A stretch of DNA of 36,110 nt from Spirochaetales bacterium (GTDB taxonomy: Bacteria > Spirochaetota > Spirochaetia > Treponematales > UBA12059). The stretch covers positions 62,001 to 98,110 of the forward strand of contig JAFGJV010000037.1 of assembly GCA_016928955.1 (NCBI GenBank), read 5' to 3'. A program made the translations under genes and the position numbers. Positions 17,504-25,601 of the stretch are shown piece by piece (the first letter of the stretch is position 1; every line of letters starts with the position of its first letter). The notes under the pieces were generated by a model. The model searched no databases. It had not been told where the DNA came from and saw only the letters and a list, made by a program, of their open reading frames with translations.

Positions 17504-19462
17504 CTACAGTCCAACCAGGATGGTCTCCACTTCTGGCCTCTTTTCGTAATCCGGCTTCTGCGCCAGGAGGTCGGTGAGGATCTTCTTGGCCGCGGCCGTG
17601 TCGCCAAGCGCGACATACACCTTGCCGAGCTCGTGCATGGCGTCCCATGCCTTGGGATCCAGCTTGACGAGGCTCTGGTAGGTGTCGCGGGCCTTGGCCA
17701 GTTCGCCCTTCTGGACATAGGCGCTGGCCAGGTTCCGCATGATGGTGGTATCCCGGGGCGCCTGGGCCAGGGCCAGCTCGTAATGGAACACGCTTTTGTC
17801 GTACATGCCCTTCTCGCCGTAGGCCTTGCCCAGGTTGTTGTTTGCCTCAAGGGATTTGGGATTGATCTTGTACGCCGCGTCCAGGAGGGTCAGCGCTTTG
17901 TCCGTAAAGCCCGAATCCAGGTAGATTTTGCCCAGGTTGACGCGGGCGTCCACGGACTTGGAATCCAGCTCAGCCGCCTTTGCGTAGGCCGTGATGGCCC
18001 TGTCCACGTCGCCCAGCTTCTCCGCGCACAGTCCGAGCTGGTAGTGGTACAGCGACGTTGACGGGGCCAGTTCCGTGGCCTTGCTGGCGTTGGGCAGGGC
18101 GTCGGCGTACTTGGCCTGGTCGTACTGCACCTTGGCCAGGTTGTAGCTGGTCACGGCGTCCCGCTCGATGGCCAGGGCCCTCTTGAAGGCCGTTTCTGCG
18201 TCCGCCAGCTTGCCCCAGGACGCGTAGGTCTCTCCCAGGTAGCGGTGGGCTGACACGTTGTCCGCCTCGAACGACAGGGCCGTGTTGAAGGACTTTACGG
18301 CGCCCGCGTAGTCGTTTTTGTCCTTGAGGATGCGGCCTATACGTATGTGGGCGTTTACATAGTCCGGTTTGATCTCGGCCGCCTTGCGGAAACTGGCCAG
18401 GGCGGAATTCTGGTTCTTGAGGGCAAGGTAGGTGATGCCCAGGTCGTACCAGGCCGGCTCGAACCGTGGATTGAGCTTGCCGGTCACCGACTCGAACATG
18501 CGCCTGGCCTCTTCGTACTTCTTGACCATGAAGTAGGCCCGGCCCAGCTGGTAGGCGTACAGGTAATCGTTGGGATCCAGCTTGACCGCCTGCTCGAGCT
18601 CGGATACCGCCTGGTCCGGCAGGTTGGAGTCGTTGTATATCTTGGACAGGGTGTAGTGCGGGCGGGCCGTTGCCGGATCGGTGGGAGCCAGCCGTATTGC
18701 CTCCTGGGCGGCGCGCTGGGCCTGCTTGATGGAATCTATGCCGCCCGAACTCTCCGGGGAGTGCTTGTAGCCATCGTAGTAGCCCTCGGCTATGTCCGAC
18801 CAGGTGCTGGACGCGAACTTGGGCTCGTCTGCGGGGAGAAGGCCGGCTGCCTCGTCGTACTTGGATTTTGCCTGGGCATACTGGCCCGATCCGGAGGCGG
18901 TGGAGCCTTCCTCGACCAGTCCGTTCACCTTTTCCATCAGGGCCTTGAGCTCGGCGTTTGCCTTGGCAAACGCCTCGTCCTGGGCGCGTTTCCTGGCTGC
19001 CGCTGCGTCCGCCTCAGCCTGCAGTCGCGCCGCCTCGGCAGCAGCAGCGGAATCCTGGGCGCTGGCCGACTGGCTTGATGAGCCGGACGATCCGCCCGCC
19101 TGTGACGCCAGTTCGCTCGCGCTGCGTTCCAGGCTCTTGCCCAGCTGGTCCAGGCTCTGGGCCAGGGCCTGCGCGGCAGCGTCGTCGCCCTCCGGAGGCT
19201 TGAGGCCGGCCTTGCGGTCCAGGGCTTCCTTGAGCAGGGCCTGGGCCTCAGCGTCGTCCTTGTCCCGTATCAACAGCTGGTCCAGGATGTCCAGGGCCCG
19301 GTCAAAATCGCCCCGGTCTATGTAATCCCTGGCCAAAGCCAGCATATTCGACCGTTCGCGGGCGCCGGACCCGCCAAGGATGGCCGCCGTGCCCGCCCCT
19401 ATGAGCAGGATGGCCAGAATGACGGCCGCTCCCACTATGATTTTCTTTTTCCGTGAATCCAT
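17504..19462 (-). CDS. Membrane-anchored multi-TPR protein
   Basis: KKK plus hydrophobic N-terminal anchor, Ala/Ser-rich linker, >10 TPR repeats (e.g. ARVNLGKIY, ANNNLGKAY). Confidence 0.85.
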   Translation of the reverse strand: MDSRKKKIIVGAAVILAILLIGAGTAAILGGSGARERSNMLALARDYIDRGDFDRALDILDQLLIRDKDDAEAQALLKEALDRKAGLKPPEGDDAAAQALAQSLDQLGKSLERSASELASQAGGSSGSSSQSASAQDSAAAAEAARLQAEADAAAARKRAQDEAFAKANAELKALMEKVNGLVEEGSTASGSGQYAQAKSKYDEAAGLLPADEPKFASSTWSDIAEGYYDGYKHSPESSGGIDSIKQAQRAAQEAIRLAPTDPATARPHYTLSKIYNDSNLPDQAVSELEQAVKLDPNDYLYAYQLGRAYFMVKKYEEARRMFESVTGKLNPRFEPAWYDLGITYLALKNQNSALASFRKAAEIKPDYVNAHIRIGRILKDKNDYAGAVKSFNTALSFEADNVSAHRYLGETYASWGKLADAETAFKRALAIERDAVTSYNLAKVQYDQAKYADALPNASKATELAPSTSLYHYQLGLCAEKLGDVDRAITAYAKAAELDSKSVDARVNLGKIYLDSGFTDKALTLLDAAYKINPKSLEANNNLGKAYGEKGMYDKSVFHYELALAQAPRDTTIMRNLASAYVQKGELAKARDTYQSLVKLDPKAWDAMHELGKVYVALGDTAAAKKILTDLLAQKPDYEKRPEVETILVGL

Positions 19463-19542
19463 GCTGCATTCCTTGCTTTGGCGTTTTTTCAGGCACGGCC
19501 GCCGCCTTGAAAAAGCAGGGGCCGTGTACAAGACAGCTGTGG

Positions 19543-20262
19543 TCAGTCGTCCAGGGACAGATCGTCCTCGTAACCCTCCAGGTCGCCGGAGCCGGCTGAA
19601 AGGCTGGTGGTGTCCTCCGCGGCCTCGAGCAGGGACTGGGCAACGGCATCCAAAAGTGCCTGGCGGGCTGCTTCCTCGGCCAAGCGCTGGGCCTCGAGCA
19701 GGGCTGCCTGCTGGGCCGCGCTCGCCGCCTGCTGGTTGAGGAGGTCTATCAGGGCACGGATGGAGCTTGACTGGGGCGAATTGGGATCCAGGGCCAGGTA
19801 CATGGTATAGTCGCCCACGGCCCCCGGGTAATCCTCGGCCTTCATGCGCGCGTTGGCCCGGTTGAGATAGGCCGGCGCGTAGTCGGTTCTGGCCGAGAGG
19901 GCTTGGTCGTAGGTCTCCAGCGCAAAGGCGTTCTTGCCCTGGGCAAAATACGAGTTGGCTATGTTGAACAGGAAGAGATGGCGATGCTGGACGGCGGACG
20001 CAAGGCCGCGCCGGAACGCCGCTATGGCCTCGTCCCAGCGGCCGAGCTGCTGGTAGGCCAGCCCCAGGTACAGGTGGGTGTTCTCCGCTGCGCCGGGTTC
20101 CTTGGCGGCCAGCTCGAGCAGGGCCGCGGCTTCCTGCGGTTTGTTCTCCATGAACAGCTTGAGGCCCTGTTCGGCGCGGTCCGACGCCGCGGCAGATACC
20201 GCGAGCAGCGCCACCGCGCAGAGAACGCCCAGCACCTTGGCGCCCGGGGTTCGTATCCGCAT
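19543..20262 (-). CDS. Secreted TPR protein with acidic C-terminal tail
   Basis: Signal-like GVLCAVALLAVSAAA, TPR motifs (HLYLGLAYQQLG, AYLNRANARMK); start codon uncertain. Confidence 0.8.
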   Translation of the reverse strand: MRIRTPGAKVLGVLCAVALLAVSAAASDRAEQGLKLFMENKPQEAAALLELAAKEPGAAENTHLYLGLAYQQLGRWDEAIAAFRRGLASAVQHRHLFLFNIANSYFAQGKNAFALETYDQALSARTDYAPAYLNRANARMKAEDYPGAVGDYTMYLALDPNSPQSSSIRALIDLLNQQAASAAQQAALLEAQRLAEEAARQALLDAVAQSLLEAAEDTTSLSAGSGDLEGYEDDLSLDD

Positions 20263-20294
20263 GACCAGCCTCCTGTCGGATGGGCGCGGCCCGC

Positions 20295-20331
20295 TTGCCG
20301 ACACGCGCTCTCTCCCCTATAGTATACTATA
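20295..20331 (+). promoter_or_regulatory. Promoter with palindromic -10 region between divergent TPR genes
   Basis: TTGCCG-17 nt-TATAGT; perfect palindrome TATAGTATACTATA at 20318-20331. Confidence 0.55.
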
Positions 20332-20503
20332 CGTAGCCACCAAAAACGTCTGTTTTGGCAGTTGGTAACAGCAAACAAGTTCGGCGCTTTGCGTGGCCCC
20401 GTGTCCGAGGCACAGCATCCTTGGTACCGTCAGGGCGCGGTCGGTCCCGGACGGAAACCCGGACGATCCGGCTTATCCGGATACGTCAGCACAAGGCGGA
20501 CAG

Positions 20504-21877
20504 ATGTCCACAGTCGTCATACTCATCATATTTTTCGGCATAGCGGTGGGCGTTCTTGCCTATTTCCTCATCAAGATGCTCATCCTTCCCAGGCGCCTGT
20601 CGGCAGTGGCCGAGTTGCTCAAGCAAGGCCGTCTCCAGGCCGCCACCAAGACGGTCAAGGCCATCCTGGCCAAGGAACCTCGGAACGCAAGCGCCCACTA
20701 CTACCTTGGCAAAATCTACCTGGCGGACAACAAGCCCGAACTCGCCCTCATGGAGCTCAAGGCCGTGAGCGAGCTGGGCCAGTTCGAGGTCGATATCCCG
20801 GAAACAGAGTTCCGCAGGCTGATAGCGGGCCTGTACGAGCGTTTTGGCCAGCTGGAAGAGGCGCTCAAGGAATACATCATGCTGACCAAGGGCGACCCTG
20901 GCAACGCCGAATACTACTTCCAGTGCGCCCGGCTGTTCAACGACCGCAGCAAGACCGACGTGGCCATAAAATACGCACGCAAGGCCGTTGAGCTGGATCC
21001 CCGGCATGGCAAGGCGCACTTTGTCCTGGGTTCCATCCTCTACCGGACCAAGCACCCCCTGGAAGCCCGCGCCGAGTTCGAGCTGGCCTTGAAGCACGAT
21101 CCGTCCAACTACGACGCGTATTACTACCTGGGCAAGCTCCTCAAGGAGGGCAACGACTACACCGGCGCCCTCCTGGCCTTTGAGCGCGCCCAGAAAAGCC
21201 CTGCCTACAAGATCAAGGCCCTGGTCGAGCGCGGCGGCACCTACATGAGCCAGGGATCCTACGAGAACGCCGTGATCGAGCTGGAGCGGGCAGTCAAGCT
21301 GATCAAGGACGAAAGCTCGTCCGAGGCCCTCTACGGCCGCTATTTCCTGTCGTTGTGCTTCGAAAAGCTCAAGAACCTGGACCGCGCCATCGAGCAGTGG
21401 GAAATCATATACGCCCGCAAGCCCCAGTTCCGGGACGTGGCGGAAAAGCTGTCCCATTACCAGGAATACCGCACTGACGACCACATGAAGGACTACCTGA
21501 CCAGCGGCCGCGAGGATTTCGTGATCCTGTGCAAGTCCGTGGCGTCTGAGGCCCTGTCCCTGGCCGTGCGCGACGTGGTAGAGACGCCGAACGGCGTGGA
21601 CCTGATAGCCGTGGAGAACGAGTCGGACAAGTGGATAGGCGCCAAGAAAATGCCCCGCCTCCTCCGCTTCCTCCGCGTATCGGAGCCCCTGGACGAGTCG
21701 TCTATACGCTCCCTGCTCGAGAACATGAAAAAGCTGGCCATAGTCCGGGGGGCGCTGATCACCAGCTCGGGCTTTTCCCGCTCGGCCATGGATTTTGCGG
21801 AAAACCGGCCGGTCGAGCTGTTCAACAAGGACAAGCTCCAGGAACTGCTGAAGAAGGCCATTCCGGTCGGCAGATGA
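20504..21877 (+). CDS. Membrane-anchored TPR protein with C-terminal Mrr-like (restriction endonuclease fold) domain
   Basis: N-terminal TM helix, ~8 TPRs; C-term F..LC...NGVDLIA...GALITSSGFSRSAMDFAENRPVELFNKDKL resembles Mrr_cat. Confidence 0.78.
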   Translation: MSTVVILIIFFGIAVGVLAYFLIKMLILPRRLSAVAELLKQGRLQAATKTVKAILAKEPRNASAHYYLGKIYLADNKPELALMELKAVSELGQFEVDIPETEFRRLIAGLYERFGQLEEALKEYIMLTKGDPGNAEYYFQCARLFNDRSKTDVAIKYARKAVELDPRHGKAHFVLGSILYRTKHPLEARAEFELALKHDPSNYDAYYYLGKLLKEGNDYTGALLAFERAQKSPAYKIKALVERGGTYMSQGSYENAVIELERAVKLIKDESSSEALYGRYFLSLCFEKLKNLDRAIEQWEIIYARKPQFRDVAEKLSHYQEYRTDDHMKDYLTSGREDFVILCKSVASEALSLAVRDVVETPNGVDLIAVENESDKWIGAKKMPRLLRFLRVSEPLDESSIRSLLENMKKLAIVRGALITSSGFSRSAMDFAENRPVELFNKDKLQELLKKAIPVGR

Positions 21878-22530
21878 AGTTGCTGTGCGTTTCCGACGAG
21901 GTCGACCCCGTGGTGTACTCGCCGCGCATCAAGGAACGCTTTGGTGACGTGGACGCGATCCTGGCGGCCGGCGACCTGCCCATGGAATACCTGTCGTACA
22001 TCGTCACCATGCTCAACAAGCCCCTGTTCTTCGTGTTCGGCAACCACAACGTGTCCGACCTGCCTTACTACCGTAAGAAGCACCTGCCCCGCCTCAGGCA
22101 CGAGGACCGGGCATGGGGCGGCACCTACGTGGGTTTCCAGGTTCGCAGGGAAGCCGGACTCATCGTTGCGGGCCTCGGAGGGTCGATGCGTTACAACGCC
22201 GGACCCAACCAGTTCACCCAGTTCGGGATGTGGCTCAGGGTCCTGGCCTTGTTGCCGGCCCTGGTGTTCAACCGCGTGTTCCATGGCCGTTTTGTCGACC
22301 TGGTGCTGACCCACGCGCCTCCTCGGGGCATCCATGACCGGGAAGACCTCTGCCATACTGGGTTTTCGGCCTTTCTCTGGCTGATGCGGGCCTTCAAGCC
22401 CGTGTTCCTGGTTCACGGCCATGTGCATCTGTGGGACGCGTCCGAGGAACGCCAGAGCCAGTACAAGGCCACCACCGTGGTCAACGCGTACAGCCATGTG
22501 GTCATAGACCGGGAGCCTGCCCATGCCTGA
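21874..22530 (+). CDS. Calcineurin-like metallophosphoesterase
   Basis: VSD, AGDL, FGNH, LTHAPP, HGHVH motifs; ATGA overlap with upstream stop. Confidence 0.9.
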   Translation: MKLLCVSDEVDPVVYSPRIKERFGDVDAILAAGDLPMEYLSYIVTMLNKPLFFVFGNHNVSDLPYYRKKHLPRLRHEDRAWGGTYVGFQVRREAGLIVAGLGGSMRYNAGPNQFTQFGMWLRVLALLPALVFNRVFHGRFVDLVLTHAPPRGIHDREDLCHTGFSAFLWLMRAFKPVFLVHGHVHLWDASEERQSQYKATTVVNAYSHVVIDREPAHA

Positions 22531-23434
22531 TCCCTTTTCCGCCCAGGCGGACACGGATTTTACCCGCGCCCGCCTCAGGGAAATCCTGTCCCGCATAGGC
22601 GGCTTCCTGGCGCCTCGGCCGCGCCGCATCCTCAGCCTGGACGAGGTAAAGGCCTTCCTCAAGCCCCGTTCCGAGGCCTACCGGGGCGTCATACCCGTTC
22701 CGGTAGCCCTGATCGTGGGCTCGGAAGGCAGATACCGGGACTTTGCCCGAGGGTTTTTGCCCCGTCACGAGCACCTCCGCCCCCGATGGGTGCGCGTCGA
22801 CCTAGCCCACTACCGGGACATACCCCTGCCCCCAATCAGGCTCTACGAGCTGGGCGGCGCGTATTTTGTCCGCGACGGCAACCACCGGGTGTCCGTGGCC
22901 AAGCTCAGGGGGGCAGAGACCATAGACGCCGAGGTCACGTCCCTGGGCTCAGAGGTGGCCATCAAGGCGGACATGACCCTTGACGAGCTCAAAAAGGCCG
23001 TTATCGGCTATGAAAAGGCCGTGTTCTACAAAAACACGGGCTTTGGCCGCATCACCGGGGACCAGAACCTGGATTTCAGCTCCCCTGGACGCTATGACGA
23101 GATCATGGAGAATATCCTGGTCCATAAATACTACATCAACCAGGCATCCAGCTCGGAGATCAGCCTGGACGACGCTATCCGCTCCTGGTACCAGAACGTA
23201 TACGCGCCTATCGTGGACACTATTAAAGCGGAGCGCCTGGCCGTGCGTTTCCCCGGCCGCACGCCCTCGGACCTCTACGCGTATATGGTAAAACACTGGG
23301 GCGTGCTCAAGCGCAGCTACGGGGTGCACCTTCCCGCCCAGGACGCCGCCAGGGACTTTTCCCGGCGGTACGGCAAGGATCTGTGGCGGCGGGTCCGCGA
23401 TTTTTTCAGCCGCAAGCAGCGTCCCGAGGCGTAA
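22523..23434 (+). CDS. ParB/Srx-like N-terminal domain protein with DUF4032-like C-terminus
   Basis: IVGSEGRYRDF, PPIRLYELGGAYFVRDGNHRVSVA; C-term HKYYINQ...AIRSWYQNVY.P. Confidence 0.75.
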   Translation: MPDPFSAQADTDFTRARLREILSRIGGFLAPRPRRILSLDEVKAFLKPRSEAYRGVIPVPVALIVGSEGRYRDFARGFLPRHEHLRPRWVRVDLAHYRDIPLPPIRLYELGGAYFVRDGNHRVSVAKLRGAETIDAEVTSLGSEVAIKADMTLDELKKAVIGYEKAVFYKNTGFGRITGDQNLDFSSPGRYDEIMENILVHKYYINQASSSEISLDDAIRSWYQNVYAPIVDTIKAERLAVRFPGRTPSDLYAYMVKHWGVLKRSYGVHLPAQDAARDFSRRYGKDLWRRVRDFFSRKQRPEA

Positions 23435-23505
23435 CCAACCCAGCTCGTCGTTGTTGTTTGTGTGCGGCTGTCGGACGGCGCCGTGTTCCTCCTTTCCGTG
23501 GTGCT

Positions 23506-23542
23506 CCCCGGGGCCGGCATATGAGCCCCGGGGCCTTTTTTT
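23506..23542 (+). terminator. Intrinsic terminator after the ParB-like gene
   Basis: CCCCGGGGC...GCCCCGGGG-CC-TTTTTTT. Confidence 0.7.
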
Positions 23543-23559
23543 GGGGATCCGGGCGCGCA

Positions 23560-23589
23560 TTGACACGGGCCGGCGTTTCGCGTTATGGT
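23560..23589 (+). promoter_or_regulatory. sigma70 promoter of the small Zn-ribbon gene
   Basis: TTGACA-18 nt-TATGGT. Confidence 0.6.
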
Positions 23590-23739
23590 GCCGCGTTGAG
23601 AAGCGGCGCGCTCAGCGCTCCGTCATCCGTCCGTCGACGCGCCGACACGCGGACAAGCGCGGCGGCATGCCAATATGGGCGCCCGTACAGGGCGCCGACC
23701 GCTGATACCCCAGGTATCCGCGCGGTCAAGGAGCTTGCA

Positions 23740-23910
23740 ATGGGACAGGTTAGTAAGAACTCTCGTACGACCAGCACCACCCATCGCTTCTACTGCCCCT
23801 GCGGCGGGGAAGTCAAGATGAAGACGCTGTTCGAGGACGGCAAGATCAAGAACGTAGCCGAATGCGAGAAGTGCAAGCGCGTGGAGCGCAGGCCCAGCGA
23901 CTTTGTCTGA
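23740..23910 (+). CDS. Small (56 aa) basic zinc-ribbon-like protein
   Basis: AAGGAG RBS; CPCGG...CEKC; host-like codon usage; followed by a terminator. Confidence 0.75.
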   Translation: MGQVSKNSRTTSTTHRFYCPCGGEVKMKTLFEDGKIKNVAECEKCKRVERRPSDFV

Positions 23911-23952
23911 GCCGGCAACACGCCAAGGCGCCGGATACACCGGTGCGATACG

Positions 23953-23981
23953 GGCCGTCCCACGGGGCGGCCTTGTTTTTT
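23953..23981 (+). terminator. Intrinsic terminator
   Basis: GGCCGTCC-cacg-GGGCGGCC-TTGTTTTTT. Confidence 0.75.
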
Positions 23982-23993
23982 AGGTCGGGCTAC

Positions 23994-24743
23994 TCAGGCT
24001 TCCAGCCGCCAGCGGTCCAGCTGGTCCTGGATCAGGCTTTTGGCCTTGACCAGCGCATCTTCCGTCTCCTGCCTTGAACCCGGCGGGTCAAAGACAGCCA
24101 GGGTCTTCACCCGGTAGCGCTTAGGCTCGGTGGACGACACCACGTGCCTGAGTGTGGACAGGCCCATGCCGCCAGCCATGGCCACCACCAGGATGGGCAC
24201 GGGCGCCGCCTCCAGGAGGCGCTTCAGTCCGGCCGTATGGAAAACGCCCAGGCGTCCGTCCCTGGAACGCGTGCCTTCCGGGAAAATAGCTGGACAGTAG
24301 CCGTTCACGTCCGCCTTACGGGCCATCCGCCCCAGGGCCTTCATGGCGCTGGCAGCTCCCCGTGACCTTGGTACCAGGGCGTGGCCTTGGAGCCTGAGCA
24401 CGCTCGATATCAGGGGTATGCCTGTGCCGAGTTCCCGTTTGGCCACGAACAGCAGGGTCCGCGAGCCCCTGAAAAAATCCATCAGTATGGGAATGTCCAA
24501 AAGGCTCTGGTGGTTGGCCACCACGATGAAGCGGGGCGGTAGGCGTGGAACCCCGCGTTCATAGATGAGCTTCATACCCATGTACGCCTTAGCGGCCGAC
24601 ACAAAACGAGCCAAAGACGCCCGCGCCACGGTGTCAACCAGGGTTTTTCGGGCTTTTTTGGGCAAAAACCGGGCGGCGTAACAGGGGATTTCCATGAACA
24701 CGCTGACCACAAGCACGATCATAAGAAGCAGGACGGTACCCAT
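23994..24743 (-). CDS. plsC: Lysophospholipid acyltransferase (PlsC family)
   Basis: ANHQSLLDI, FVAKREL, FPEGTRS motifs. Confidence 0.85.
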   Translation of the reverse strand: MGTVLLLMIVLVVSVFMEIPCYAARFLPKKARKTLVDTVARASLARFVSAAKAYMGMKLIYERGVPRLPPRFIVVANHQSLLDIPILMDFFRGSRTLLFVAKRELGTGIPLISSVLRLQGHALVPRSRGAASAMKALGRMARKADVNGYCPAIFPEGTRSRDGRLGVFHTAGLKRLLEAAPVPILVVAMAGGMGLSTLRHVVSSTEPKRYRVKTLAVFDPPGSRQETEDALVKAKSLIQDQLDRWRLEA

Positions 24744-24772
24744 GCCTGGACTATACCCGCGGCCAAGCATTC

Positions 24773-24801
24773 TTGACAAGCCGCTCCCTATCTGCTAATT
24801 T
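24773..24801 (+). promoter_or_regulatory. Putative promoter of rpsT
   Basis: TTGACA-17 nt-TAATTT with TGn. Confidence 0.5.
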
Positions 24802-24911
24802 CTTTTCCCGACGTTAATTCCCGCGAATGGAACGTTTGAGGCGTCGTGCGGATACGCGCGGGACAGCCCGCGTCATCCACGCGTCACGCATGAATACCTA
24901 TGGAGGGTTCT

Positions 24912-25181
24912 GTGGCTACCAAGCAGTCTTCCGCCGAAAAACGGCACCTGCAGGACGAGAAGCGCCGCGTCCGCAACAAGAAAGTCAAGAGCAGCGTCCG
25001 CACGGCCGCCAAAAAGGTGGTCGTCGCCGCCCACGCCAAGGACAAGGCCCAGGCCGAAGCCCAGCTCAAGGACATGATCAGCCAGATCGACACGGCCGCC
25101 CGCAAAGGCATCATCAAAAAGAACGCGGCCGCCCGCAAGAAGTCCAGGATGCAGCGCCTGGTCAACCTGATAGGCGCCTAA
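24912..25181 (+). CDS. rpsT: 30S ribosomal protein S20
   Basis: SAEKRH.Q..KRR.RNK..KS.VRT, ID.AARKGIIKKNAAARKKSR; GGAGG RBS before GTG 24912. Confidence 0.95.
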   Translation: MATKQSSAEKRHLQDEKRRVRNKKVKSSVRTAAKKVVVAAHAKDKAQAEAQLKDMISQIDTAARKGIIKKNAAARKKSRMQRLVNLIGA

Positions 25182-25256
25182 CGAGCGCTTCGCACGCGTA
25201 ACGGGCCGAGGCGACCTGGACCATGAGCGTCCAGGCCGTCGTGGTCGGGGGATGCC

Positions 25257-25601
25257 ATGCCATCAAAGGTTACCAAGGCCGAGCTGATCGATGCCCTGCA
25301 CGAACGCTCGAACCTGGGACGCAAGGATATCCACGCTCTCATTGACGGTCTCTTTGAGGAGATCAAACGGGCGATCCTGTCCGACAAGGCCGTGGAACTC
25401 CGCGGCTTTGGCACTTTTGAGGTACGGATACGCAAAGGCCGCAAGCGGGCCCGCAATCCCAAAACCGGAGAGCCCGTATCGGTGTCCGACCACGGAGTGG
25501 CCGTGTTCAGGCCCGGCAGGGAACTCAAGCTCGAGGCATGGAAAATAGGCGCGGCATCCGAAGCGCCCGCCAATGACGCCGATACCAACGAGACGGCTTA
25601 G
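25257..25601 (+). CDS. HU/IHF family DNA-binding protein (Hbb-like)
   Basis: TKAELID, VELRGFGTFEVR.RK.R..ARNPKTGE, FRPGRELK. Confidence 0.92.
   Translation: MPSKVTKAELIDALHERSNLGRKDIHALIDGLFEEIKRAILSDKAVELRGFGTFEVRIRKGRKRARNPKTGEPVSVSDHGVAVFRPGRELKLEAWKIGAASEAPANDADTNETA

Noticed and set aside
20360..20500. GCAAAC and repeated CCCGGACG in the TPR-Mrr leader as a c-di-GMP riboswitch
   Set aside because: Lacks the GAAA tetraloop/GACGCAAAGC arrangement of the class I motif
21493..21877. Active type IV restriction (Mrr) endonuclease
   Set aside because: Catalytic (Q/E)xK motif is replaced and the protein is membrane-anchored; reported only as a degenerate fold
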